A stretch of DNA of 64,000 nucleotides, taken from positions 89,892,438 to 89,956,437 of the forward strand of contig NC_068990.1 of the NCBI RefSeq assembly GCF_001194135.2, in the 5' to 3' direction. Below are positions 1-12,644 of the stretch, in pieces (the stretch's first letter is position 1; each line of letters starts with the position of its first letter). The notes below the pieces were generated by a model, which saw only the letters and a list, made by a program, of their open reading frames with translations, did no database searches and had not been told where the DNA came from. Origin of the DNA: Octopus bimaculoides (taxonomy: Eukaryota). Made by a program: the position numbers and the translations under genes.

Positions 1-51
<51 letters not shown>

Positions 52-521
52 ATGTATGTATAGTATGTACGTATGCATATGCACACATATACACAAACAC
101 AGAGACACACATATAAATACACTCATAACACATACAAGCCTTTATACATAGATCCGGTGTTTATATACGTGTGCGTGTGCGTAAAGTGGGGACGGATGTG
201 CTTATTCATGTTTAAGATAAACCAGCGTTTCGTTTAACTTACATTTTGTTGACAGTACAATATTATCAAATTTGTTTAAGCGAACAAACTTTTCGCCTAT
301 TTTCAAATCTATTGACAATCAAATACATTTCCATTTTGGCAAGAATAAAAAATAACACCCATATACGTGTTTTCCTTTAGATTTATTTAACTTCTTCGCA
401 GAATTCTAGCAGCTCACTCACAAAATGGTGTCACTTCTTTGTGTCAAGACTGTTTCCAAGGATTTATGAGTAAGTGAGAGTTAAAGCGTGTATATATGTG
501 GATTCACGTGTATATGTAATA

Positions 522-744
522 GCGCTGAGGCGCAATGGTCCAGTGGTTACGGCAGCGGACTCGCGGGTCGTGGGATCGCGGTTTCGTTGTGAGTGTTTAT
601 TAAACGAAAACACCTAAAGCTCCACGTGGATCCGGCAGGGTGTGGTGGCGGACCCTGCTGTACTCTTTCACCACAATTTTCTCTCAGGCTTTCTTCCTGT
701 TTCTGTTGTACCTGTATTTCAAAGGGCCAGCATTGTCACACACT
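522..744 (+). mobile_element. tRNA-derived SINE (head GGCGCAATGGTCCAGTGGTTA), truncated by N gap
   Basis: tRNA A-box-like head. Related body sequence recurs in reverse at about 56800-56970, and the head at about 18890-18960. Boundaries approximate. Confidence 0.6.
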
Positions 745-1901
745 NNNNNNNNNNATCGGTTGGATTTAAAGAATGAGAGGCCAGTTTTCTTTTCTCTTTC
801 ATGAAAAATCAGACGGAGCAGCAGTACAGACAAGCGACCACTCTTGAGAATCCCCGTTGGTTACCTAATTCTGTGTGTGACTCTATAAGTTGCTTCGGTT
901 CTTATTGGCAGGTGTGTAGATCATGTTGTAGTCAGCATTTTATATAACAGCATCATGTAAAGCAGATGGACCCTTGGCAAAGTGTCCTCTATGGAGGCAA
1001 AGTCAAGTAAATACATAATAATTTGTCTAAACTATCGGTAGTCTTCGGCGATGCAGCTTCACTTCCAAAATGCCCAGCTTTGTTGATGAGGAATTGTTTA
1101 ACGAAATTCCTTACTTCCCTCTTTACTCTCTCCTGATCATTCACAACACTTAATCTCATTCATTATTCAGTCTGCTTCTAAAGATAATATCAAGTTGTGC
1201 AGTGATATTATGTACTCTGTCTAGGACTTGGGTGGATTTTTGTGAGACAGCAAGAGAAAGGAAGAGAGAGTGAGAGAGAGAGAAGAGTGATTCATTTAGG
1301 CTGTGGTGTGTTATCATTTCAATCGATCTCAGTTGCTCCCAACTGTTGACTAAAGTTAATTGTAAAACTGTTAGTGTAGGACATATCAATGGCAGGAAAC
1401 TTGGAAATTCATTCTGTGCCAGTTGTTCTCTAGCAACCTGATCGATCACTGATAACTTCAGGTCAATGTCAACAGGTTTTCTGTCGACTCATGTGGCAAT
1501 GATGTTTTTTTATTTTATTTCAGTTCCTTGTTAATGTAAATATGAAGTTCTCCTAAAATCTTGCATTTAGCTGTATATTAAGCTTTTTGTAACAGCCAGC
1601 CATTTTATTATATGTCATAAGCGGCTTCTGCGTGCGGTGGCAGCAGTCCTATTCGAGTTATTGTAATCTTGTTTTGCTTTGGTAGTGATTACTTTTCAGA
1701 AAAAGAAAGAAAAAAAAAAGAAGTGGGTAAAAATCTATTGGTCTGCTGATTCAGCTTTACACTGTGTTATTTCTTTGTTTCTATTTTCTTTTGAAGGTAA
1801 ATTTTCCAGATAAATCTCTATATTTCTTCTCAACAATCTGTACCTATAGATTACGTATATAGACATGTATATATGATTGTATGTTCGTAAATATATAGGT
1901 A

Positions 1902-2145
1902 CGAGGGTGTTCAGAAAGTCTCTCCGCAGTGGAATTTTTTCATCCTCCACATTACCATGGCGCTACTTCAAGAATTTTTCGGTCAACGGATTATTTCGAA
2001 GGGACTTTGGCCACCAAAAAGATCACCTGATTTAACACCGCCAGACTTTTTGTTTTTTTCTTTCTGGGGATTAAGTAAAGGATCAGTGTACAAGAATCGC
2101 CCGAAAACCCCATTAAATACTGCGGAGAGACTTTTTGAACACCCA

Positions 2146-2147
<2 letters not shown>
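1902..2147 (+). mobile_element. Non-autonomous Tc1/mariner deletion derivative with transposase C-terminal fragment
   Basis: 26-bp inverted repeats GGGTGTTCAGAAAGTCTCTCCGCAGT (1905-1930 vs 2119-2144, 1 mismatch), TA at the left end. Internal peptide GQRIISKGLWPPKRSPDLTPPDFLFFSFWGLSKGSVYKNRP matches the WPPRSPDL..DF..WG..K..VY transposase motif. Confidence 0.85.
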
Positions 2148-2177
<30 letters not shown>

Positions 2178-2595
2178 GTGTATTGACTATTGAAAGACTT
2201 GTACATTGATAGTGTCTGTATGAGTGTGTGTACGTACGTATGGGCATGCGTATGCTTGTGTGCGTATGACTCTTAGATTTTGTATCAGGGTCTGTGTGTT
2301 TATATGCACATCACACACATACGTTCATGTACATATTCATAAATGCGCAAACGTCATTCATGCAAGGTAACTTTACATCACAAAAAAGACCCAATGACAG
2401 ATATACAGAAAGACACGCAAATAAACAACCGTAGACACACAGACTCACGCTCATACAGAGTCCATACACACACACACATACGCATATACACACACGCACA
2501 CAAACACACATGTACATTGACGAAAACAAGAACTGTCGACAGATGAAGAACAACGTGACTATGAGCACGCGTACGTGTGTGTATATATATATGTG

Positions 2596-2631
<36 letters not shown>

Positions 2632-2632
<1 letters not shown>

Positions 2633-2790
2633 ACTTTATTTAAAAGCAGCAGAAATATCACAAAAACTGTTACTCAGAGTTTCACGTTCCCGTTCGTCGG
2701 ACAGTTATCTACTGCTTTTAAATAAAGCATATTACTCTACCTTTGGTATTTGAGTACTCTTTTTTCCATCTTGTTTCACTTTTATGTGCT
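2632..2790. mobile_element. Penelope-like repeat end with internal inversion, carrying a hammerhead-like motif on the minus strand (2665-2706)
   Basis: 2632-2652 and 2709-2729 are inverted copies (2 mismatches). Same family as 26318-26459. Confidence 0.6.
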
Positions 2791-3277
2791 TACTCCGGTA
2801 TATATATATATATCGATAGGTTGTATAATAAATGCAAAACAAACATTTCAAAGAGACACGAATATTATATAAAGTTCGCCTAACTGACAGAAAGTTCGAT
2901 TTTTTTCAGAGTATTGACAATCAGTGAGTTTCCACTTTAACAATTCTAAAAAAATAGAGATTTTTNNNNNNNNNNNNNNNNNNNNNNNNNNNNNNNNNNN
3001 NNNNNNNNNNNNNNNNNNNNNNNNNNNNNNNNNNNNNNNNNNNNNNNNNNNNNNNNNNNNNNNNNNNNNNNNNNNNNNNNNNNNNNNNNNNNNNNNNNNN
3101 NNNNNNNNNNNNNNNNNNNNNNNNNNNNNNNNNNNNNNNNNNNNNNNNNNNNNNNNNNNNNNNNNNNNNNNNNNNNNNNNNNNNNNNNNNNNNNNNNNNN
3201 NNNNNNNNNNNNNNNNNNNNNNNNNNNNNNNNNNNNNNNNNNNNNNNNNNNNNNNNNNNNNNNNNNNNNNNNNNNNN

Positions 3278-3316
<39 letters not shown>

Positions 3317-5208
3317 GTATACATACACACACTCAAACACACACACACTCACAAACATACACACACATACACACTGACTACATGTACAGGTATGTACCTG
3401 TGTATGTATGAGTATTAACAATAAAAAATATTAAAAAATATTTCTTTCAAAGACATTACAATATATATCTATATCTACTCTATATCTACAATATATATGT
3501 ATATATGTATCTATTTATCTATATACATACATACATACATACATACATACATACACACATACATACATACATACATACACACATACATACATAGTATATA
3601 CACTTATATGTTTCATACTTAACTTACACACGCAGTCGGTAAGCCAGTTACTGTATATATATATAGAGAGAGAGATGTGTGCGTTTGTGAGCATGTATAT
3701 AAATATATATACGTAAGTGTATATGTGTGCATACTCACTGATACTCGTACACACATACACATGAGACATTTTGCTCTGAGATATAGTTAAATATTTATAA
3801 TTATTCCACAATATTTTTCCGAAAGCCACCCGTGTCCCTGTATCACATCTCTTTTTTATTCACAATTCTTCTTCGCTTATGTTTGTGATATGAAATATTT
3901 TACTCATTTTTTTTCTTATCGCTTGAAATACTCATCGAGTTTTGTTGCTTTCTTTTTTTTTTATCATTTAAATCTTTTTTTTTTCTATTTTCTCTGTCGT
4001 TTGTATTGTTTAACATATGTTGTTATTTTTTTCTCTCTTGTTGGCAACTGGAGCAATGCTGGTGACATCATACATAAGGCCTCAGGCTGAAATCTTTATA
4101 AAGTTATAGAAAGGACAGTTCTTAGTTACGCCATCTACAAGAAATACAATATTTATGTTTCCTGCATTGATCAATACAAGTGTGTTAGTTGACTGAAATT
4201 ACATTTGAAGTAAGGAGACGTTGATAAACTGTCAACGAACATTGCTAATCAAATCTGTTCAAGAAGAAAGAACGACAACTCTGCAATTTTAACTAATTAT
4301 AATTAGGCAATATATGTCTTATGCACAACACAGCAAAAATAAGAAGTAAAATAATTTTTACCAGATTAATAGTTTAAGTTTTGATTGCTACATGAAGCTA
4401 ATCGGAATTGTCTGCTATTGATTGGTGAAAGAGATTTGCTTCTCTGAGGAACAATCAACAACTCGTGAAACAGTCTGTTAGAAGACTGCCACCCTTTGTG
4501 TTTTCCCCGTACATCGGAAGCATAAATATAATGTGTTTACATTCTTATATAGTTCATCATTACAGCTAAAAACGTTCTAATATTTAAAGTGAAACTATAA
4601 TTACACAAGCAGTAAAGAAATGAAAATAATATCGTGCAGAGTAGTATTAACTGAATCAGATCTTTGACTGACACGGTGGCGAATACCGGACGTATTTCGC
4701 GCTTTTTAAACTTCTCAGCAAATTATAACGTTTAAGATCAAATTAATATAAGCTTTAGCTCGTAAATGCATTTCTTCATGCTATGCATAAATGACTTCAA
4801 AATGATTTTGTACTCTTTGGCTACGTCCCATGACGTTTTAAGGTTAAATCCCTCCGCGGTTAACTTAAACATTTATGCTTCCCGTGTCGATCAAATAAGG
4901 CCCTTGTAAAGTATTGGATTCGATGTTATTTGACTAATCATTTCAGTGGAACCTACTGTGGCGACCGAGATTTTAGCAAAAGCGTTGTACAGGTTGTTAC
5001 CACTTAAACCCAAAGACGTACAGATGTCTCACTATTCATTTCATTCCTTGGTCTGATTTGTACTTAATAAAGTTTTATAAAGCCCTACGGCGATGGATGC
5101 GTGGAGTGAAGGTCATATCGGCGCACGTGTAAGTATGAAAGTAAAACAGAACAATCAGGCTGAATCAGAAAAAGTGAAGTAATTATCATCACCATGTGTG
5201 TGTGTAAG

Positions 5209-5243
<35 letters not shown>

Positions 5244-7052
5244 ATGTATGTATGTATTTGTATATATACNNNNNNNNNNNNNNNNNNNNNNNNNNNNNNN
5301 NNNNNNNNNNNNNNNNNNNNNNNNNNNNNNNNNNNNNNNNNNNNNNNNNNNNNNNNNNNNNNNNNNNNNNNNNNNNNNNNNNNNNNNNNNNNNNNNNNNN
5401 NNNNNNNNNNNNNNNNNNNNNNNNNNNNNNNNNNNNNNNNNNNNNNNNNNNNNNNNNNNNNNNNNNNNNNNNNNNNNNNNNNNNNNNNNNNNNNNNNNNN
5501 NNNNNNNNNNNNNNNNNNNNNNNNNNNNNNNNNNNNNNNNNNNNNNNNNNNNNNNNNNNNNNNNNNNNNNNNNNNNNNNNNNNNNNNNNNNNNNNNNNNN
5601 NNNNNNNNNNNNNNNNNNNNNNNNNNNNNNNNNNNNNNNNNNNNNNNNNNNNNNNNNNNNNNNNNNNNNNNNNNNNNNNNNNNNNNNNNNNNNNNNNNNN
5701 NNNNNNNNNNNNNNNNNNNNNNNNNNNNNNNNNNNNNNNNNNNNNNNNNNNNNNNNNNNNNNNNNNNNNNNNNNNNNNNNNNNNNNATATATATATATAT
5801 AGGCTGATCCAGTTGCCTGCTACTTTGGAATTTTCCATGGGGGACGGGTAACCACTTCTTCAAACAAATCAAACCGTCCCCGTTTGACAAGTTTAAAAAG
5901 CAGACTACCCACCGTGAAAATGTAATAGGCTTCTGGATCTGCCAAATAAACTACTGCACTGTGCGTTTGAACTGAGTACTTGTTTCATAGATGCATCAGC
6001 TCGGCAGTTGTTTGTATAGCATCTCACCTGTAATGTATCGCTACAGAATGAGCCGAAACGATCGTAGTGTTACTGAATAAGGAATCCCATAAATTCCATT
6101 TTCTATCTTTCACAACTTTTATACAAACACTATGTACACGAAGGAATTCCTGAAGTAAATCCAGTGGCATATACCTCCGTACTACTGTTGACATCAGGTA
6201 TCCAGATACTGTGGACGCGCACACATAGACATATTATATTTGCTTGTATTCATATGTGTGTGTGTATATATATATATATATATAAAATATATAGTTTTAG
6301 GGAAAATAACCAAGTTTCAAGAACTCATCGATGAAAATCCACTATCACATATAGAAAAATTAACAATTAAAAGCACAATAAATGAGTATAATATAAAACA
6401 AAGTAAATATCATAAGATAAAGATAATAAAATGACTACACGTGTTTCATAACTAATTTTCAAATAGAAAGGAAATTTAAATCGATTAAAATCAATTGAAA
6501 TTATCGAAAATAAATTCTATTCAAAAATATAGCTAATCTGCACCTACATATGTTTCTGAAATGGAAAGGCGTGATTGACAGCAGCTCTCATTCCGGTCTA
6601 ACGAACTTCCATGTTTGTTTTCGTTCGGTTTCCTTGCATATGTCCACTGTCCTGTTTTTGTTCCCAATGTTGACCCTCCATAAAGCTTAAATTCTATTTT
6701 AGAATTTATGGGAGCAACTGTCTTTGAAGACTCATATTGTCATTGAATGCTCGAAATGAGGAGTAGATAGGCAGCCAACAACTGATGAAGGGTCCTTTCT
6801 CTGTGTTTACTTTCCTATTTTCCATTTTTTCTCTCGTTGTTTACGTATTTCGTGTTGTTTTCACAATGGGTGACTTCCTGTACCATATATGCGTATATAT
6901 ATATATATATATATATATAAAAGTTATATATATATATATACATAATGAAGAAGTAAATGGTGTAGTTATCCACTTTATACAGCACAGCTAATTAGCGCTC
7001 TAATGGAGCTTCAGGAATATAAAATTGAGAAAGAGAAAAACAAATTTCAAAA

Positions 7053-7544
7053 GTCGGTATTCGTATTTATTCAGTCCATTTCAAATTGTCAACATTCTAC
7101 ACAATATGCATAGGTTCGTTCACATATGAAAATTTATAAACATATAAACATATAAATATAAATACGTAGATGTACTTGCGAGGTTCAATGTCCTTATAAG
7201 AATCAATGAGGCAGGTAGATGAGAAAATTAATATAAAATGATTTAAGAGGAATCCTGAATGAATGTACTTTATCAGGATTCCTCTTAAATCATTTTATAT
7301 TAACTTTCTCATTTACTCTCCTTATTGGTTTTTATAGGGACATTCAACCTCGCAAGTACATCTATGTATTTATATTTATAGGTTTATATGTTTATAAATT
7401 TTTATGTATTCATAAATCTTCGTATATTTATATGTTTATAAATCCTTATGAATTTTTACCATGTCTTATATATGTGAGCGCATCTATGTATATTGTGGAG
7501 AATTCCGACAATTTGAAATGGACTGAATGAATATGAATACTGAC
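7053..7544. repeat. Long foldback (inverted-repeat) element, right end runs into N gap
   Basis: Arms 7130-7258 and 7273-7402 are about 90% complementary around a 14-nt loop. Outer arms about 7053-7110 and 7482-7544 also pair. Confidence 0.85.
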
Positions 7545-8609
7545 NNNNNNNNNNNNNNNNNNNNNNNNNNNNNNNNNNNNNNNNNNNNNNNNNNNNNNNN
7601 NNNNNNNNNNNNNNNNNNNNNNNNNNNNNNNNNNNNNNNNNNNNNNNNNNNNNNNNNNNNNNNNNNNNNNNNNNNNNNNNNNNNNNNNNNNNNNNNNNNN
7701 NNNNNNNNNNNNNNNNNNNNNNNNNNNNNNNNNNNNNNNNNNNNNNNNNNNNNNNNNNNNNNNNNNNNNNNNNNNNNNNNNNNNNNNNNNNNNNNNNNNN
7801 NNNNNNNNNNNNNNNNNNNNNNNNNNNNNNNNNNNNNNNNNNNNNNNNNNNNNNNNNNNNNNNNNNNNNNNNNNNNNNNNNNNNNNNNNNNNNNNNNNNN
7901 NNNNNNNNNNNNNNNNNNNNNNNNNNNNNNNNNNNNNNNNNNNNNNNNNNNNNNNNNNNNNNNNNNNNNNNNNNNNNNNNNNNNNNNNNNNNNNNNNNNN
8001 NNNNNNNNNNNNNNNNNNNNNNNNNNNNNNNNNNNNNNNNNNNNNNNNNNNNNNNNNNNNNNNNNNNNNNNNNNNNNNNNNNNNNNNNNNNNNNNNNNNN
8101 NNNNNNNNNNNNNNNNNNNNNNNNNNNNNNNNNNNNNNNNNNNNNNNNNNNNNNNNNNNNNNNNNNNNNNNNNNNNNNNNNNNNNNNNNNNNNNNNNNNN
8201 NNNNNNNNNNNNNNNNNNNNNNNNNNNNNNNNNNNNNNNNNNNNNNNNNNNNNNNNNNNNTATATAATTTTTCTATTCTCTCTGTTTATTTCTGTCGAAG
8301 AGCGTAGGCTCGAAATGTAAAAGACTTTCTCATTTCCCGAGCGTTAAACTAATACGTTTGTATGTTGTTTACATACCCGTCTTGTTTTTTTGGGTTTTTT
8401 TTGTAATTTCTCACTATATATATACACATAAATAGAGATATATATTCACACACGCACACTTAGATATGTATACAAATATATACATACTCACATATGCATA
8501 CTCATATATACATGCATATGTATATGTGTATGTGTATGTGCATCTTGGTGTGGGAACGAAAGGAACATTGCTGTTTGTAAACCCACCTCACCAATACTTG
8601 TTTCAAATT

Positions 8610-8801
8610 TTAGCACAAGGCCAGCAATTTCCATTACATCGACACCCCAGTGCGTAACTGGTACTTATTTTATCGACCCCGGAAAGATGGAAGGCAAAGT
8701 CAAAGTCAACCTCGGTGGAATTTGAACTCAGAACGTAAAGACGGACGAAATGCCGTTAAGCATTTTGTCCGGCATGCTAACGATTCTGCCAGCTCGCCGT
8801 C
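8610..8801 (-). mobile_element. SINE, family with head GGCGAGCTGGCAGAATCGTTAGCA
   Basis: Reverse complement of the copy at 51917-52140. Many copies in the window. Confidence 0.8.
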
Positions 8802-9240
8802 CTATCTACCTCACTAATATTGACAGATTTGAGCCAACAATTGAAACATGATGTCGTCATTCTTATATTTCATGGCAAATTGATGTTATTTTTTGTTTTT
8901 ATTACTCCAGAAACTTCACTGGTCCAGTCAAATGTGATAAAATAAAGTTGTGAAAATATAATCAACCAATGCTGTTGTTTTTTGTTTTTTTCTCGTTGGT
9001 CAAAATCGTTCAGACGCTTATCTTAATTACATTCTTTCGTTGTCTGACTGCAAAGCCCCATCGAAATCACCTTTGCTTTTCGTTCCTCTTCCCGGTTGGG
9101 ATCGATCAAGTGAAGCATTAGTCAAATACTAAAGTGAGTCGATTTCAGGCCGAGTGCCTATATGTACGTGATGAGTTGTGTGTGTTTATGTATTTGGGTA
9201 TGTATTTATGTACGTGTGCATGTATTAATGCGTGTGTTTG

Positions 9241-9310
<70 letters not shown>

Positions 9311-9371
9311 CATACATATATTTATATATATTCGTTAGTGTGTGTATATATATATAGGTATACACACACAT

Positions 9372-9680
9372 ATCAATAAGTATCTGGACTGTTGCCACAG
9401 GAACGAAGCTAAAGCAGGCAGTTAGAGAAGCCAGTTAGCACAGATTGACCTTGAACTCTGCTGCGCATGCGCACTAAGTCTTAACGTCCTAGCTCACTTC
9501 TGTTGTTTACAGCAGTGCTTGGAAGGAAGTTGTGTAGCGTGTGATCGTCGCATTGACCATGACAGAGAAAGTTGTCATGGCGATACTTGCTCAGAGGCTT
9601 GTGCAAAGTTGCAGAAAGTGTATGAGTCACACACAAGTGTACAAGTGGTTCAGATGTTTCCAAGATGACCGAAAAAATGT
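9372..9680 (+). mobile_element. Mariner remnant (5' end and start of transposase HTH)
   Basis: TIR-like TCAATAAGTATCTGGACT. Peptide MSHTQVYKWFRCFQDDRKNV resembles the mariner N-terminal MS.TQV..WF..F..G motif. Confidence 0.65.
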
Positions 9681-12411
9681 AGGTGCGCTGGTATGAGAGG
9701 AAGAAGGTTTTTTTTCTACTCTAGGCACAAGGCCCGAAACATTGCTTTTCATTCTTTCGAACTTTGTAAAATAAAGTACCAATCGAGCATTGGTGTCTTT
9801 ATATTCGATTAAACCCCTGCTCTCCCCAATTGTAGACCTTGTGCCTGTGTTTAACAATCGCCGTTGCTAAGAACAAAGTTACTGCAGTGGATACAGAGAA
9901 TTCGAAGTGTTGCTTTTGTTATAATGATAGAATGATTGTCAGGTTCATATAAGATGTAGACCAAGTCCCACCAGCAGCCTTCGATCTAATAATTTAATTT
10001 AACGCAATATTCTACTCCCAATTATTTATAACTTTATCTCCTTCGATTTCCAACGTTAATAACATTTTATATCTTATCTCTTGGCGTTTCTGAATTCTTG
10101 TGACGTACTCAAAGAAATATTGGGTTGTCGGATAAATTCGTTTGCTTTTTCCAATTTTTTTTTTTAATCCTTTCCAATGTTATTTGAATTAACTTGAAAA
10201 ATATTTTTATCGTATTTGTGGCTCTATTCTTCCCCTTCAACTTTTGTTTATCGCTTATGATATTTGAATGACTTTTACTTCTTTTCATACTTTATGACGA
10301 TGGACTGTCAAGAAAAGGAAGAAGAAAAAAAACGAACGAATTTATGTGACAACAGAATAAAAAAAAAAATTTCCGTACTCTTTAACATTTACCACAATTA
10401 CTGTTGTCATAGTAACCTTTTCTGGTTTAACAATCTGACACATCAAGAAACAGATACATCTTCTAGTTAGTACCTTTTGAGACTAAAAATTCCAGTAGAT
10501 TTTGAAGCTGTCGTTCGCTTTATTCTTTTCTCTCTCTCTCTCTTTTGTTTTCTCAATATTCCAATACTTTAATGGTACCGAACTAAAAGAAAAAAGTATA
10601 AATACAAGGAAATAGGATTCTTCATTTTTGTTTTATGTTTCTAGGTTGATAAACGTTTCTTTTCTACATATTTCAAAATATTTGTGAGAAAATTTTCCAA
10701 TAATAAAATAAAAAACATCCTTTAAAAAATGATTCTCAAAACGAAATAAGGTAAACACAGGCCATAATAACTGAAGAAATATTAGCCATTGGGTCATTGT
10801 CTATGGCACCGTATAATTGTTTATGATTAGATTTTTGCTAATGCTCATTGAATTAAATGTATTCACGCTAAATTAACTATAACAACATCTGGAACAATAT
10901 GGTCAGTAGCGCTGCCTGTTGGAATCTTCTTTGGTAATGGAATTCAAAGATTTCCTGTTAGTTCTATTTCTTCTCATCCGAAAATAGCCAAAAATTTAAA
11001 TCAATGCTTCTGTTTAAAGACCTAAATATCTGACGAGTCTATTGTTTGCAATAAATTATCATGAGTACATAAAACATTGAGAATCAAAACAAAGTGTGCA
11101 TCCTCATTCATATGTTCCTGCACGTGATTATGATCATTTGCATAATCACGTGAACATGATTATGCAAATGACTCTTGTATTTCGCCTTCGGAGAACAACT
11201 CCTTTCAGAGTATGTGTTGACAACTCACACGACTCAGTGACGTAGGAATATTTTTAAGACACCGGTGTTTCGACTTAGGTATGTCTCTTCAATGAAAGCT
11301 ACATCCGGATCAATGAACTAAACAAGAATGGTGGTACTTCTTCATCGAATCCGGAAGTTTATTTGCAGATGCATGCTGATATCTTCCAAGTCAATAATTA
11401 ATTGTCATGTAAACATCAAACTGCGAGAATCAAAACTATCATGTAGAGATTCATTCTTAACGTGTTCCGGCAGATTTGAACATGAATATGTTTAATTGCT
11501 GTTGTAATTTGCATTCAGAGAACACCTCCTTTCAGATGATGACTGAAATCATACAGCAGTAACAATAATACCACAACAACAACAGCAGTAACAATACTAA
11601 TACTATCAAGTCTGGTTGATCAGAGTTTATCTGGCGCTACATCATAACACTAACAATCATTCCCAACGGTTCCCTTGTATCTTTTCTTCTCATCACTAAC
11701 ACTGTTTCTATCACACCACCACCTAAGCCCTTTATCCCTACACAAAACATTTTTCTGTCTGGAACTTCATCCCTATTCATGTTTCCAGACACTCAAGTTC
11801 AGGCTGTTCATTTTTCACCAATCTACAGAGAAATGGTTAAATCTGCCATGCTTGCATACAAGGTTGGCCAAAAGTAACCCGACAGCAAATCAAAACTCCA
11901 TAAATACTATCTGTAATTCTGTATTAATTCGAATGGAAAAATGTGTCGCTCAAGAAGGGCTTCAGTTTGAACAATTTCCATGATGTTTCATATTCAGATG
12001 CTTTTATTAAATTCATTCAGTTGTTAAACATAAATAAATCTTGGAATTAAATGGTCTTAACTTACTGTCAGCTGACTTTTGGTCAGCCCTATATATCATA
12101 CTTTGATACTGTATGGACTGCGATCCCTATTCAAAAGCTGCTGATATTAAATAAAGTGTTAAACAATTATGATATGCAAATTAGTTGCTCCAGTTCTCTA
12201 GAGCTGCGGGATTTGTTGTGTAAATAAATAGGTTGGCTGCTGATGTTTCTGGGTCATGTGATGTGAACATCACTGATGAGACAATTTGGGTTGAAAACAG
12301 ATAAAGGTTGTTCGGCATATCTTGTTTTTGTTTCAATCTATAGAGAAATAACTACATTTGCCAAGTTTGTATACATAAGCATATAAACATATATACAAGC
12401 ACATACACACA

Positions 12412-12448
<37 letters not shown>

Positions 12449-12609
12449 NNNNNNNNNNTATATATATATATATATATACATATACACACACACATACATA
12501 TACACACAAACACACACATATAAATACACACAAACGCACACACATATACATATACACATAAACGCACACACATATACACACAAACACAAACATACACACA
12601 AACACACAT

Positions 12610-12644
<35 letters not shown>

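Noticed and set aside
1000-1500. Minus-strand frames such as IDQVAREQLAQNEF and MRLSVVNDQERVKREV
   Set aside because: Short, mutually out of frame, no splice signals or recognisable family. Possibly an old relic.
6740-6870. CTGATGA and GAAA in a repeat also present at about 21720-21850
   Set aside because: Motif order and flanks do not give stems I-III in any hammerhead topology.
12255-12300. Type III hammerhead-like string (hairpin-CTGATGA-GAC..GTT-GAAA)
   Set aside because: The cleavage triplet would end in G and stem III does not pair. Chance match.
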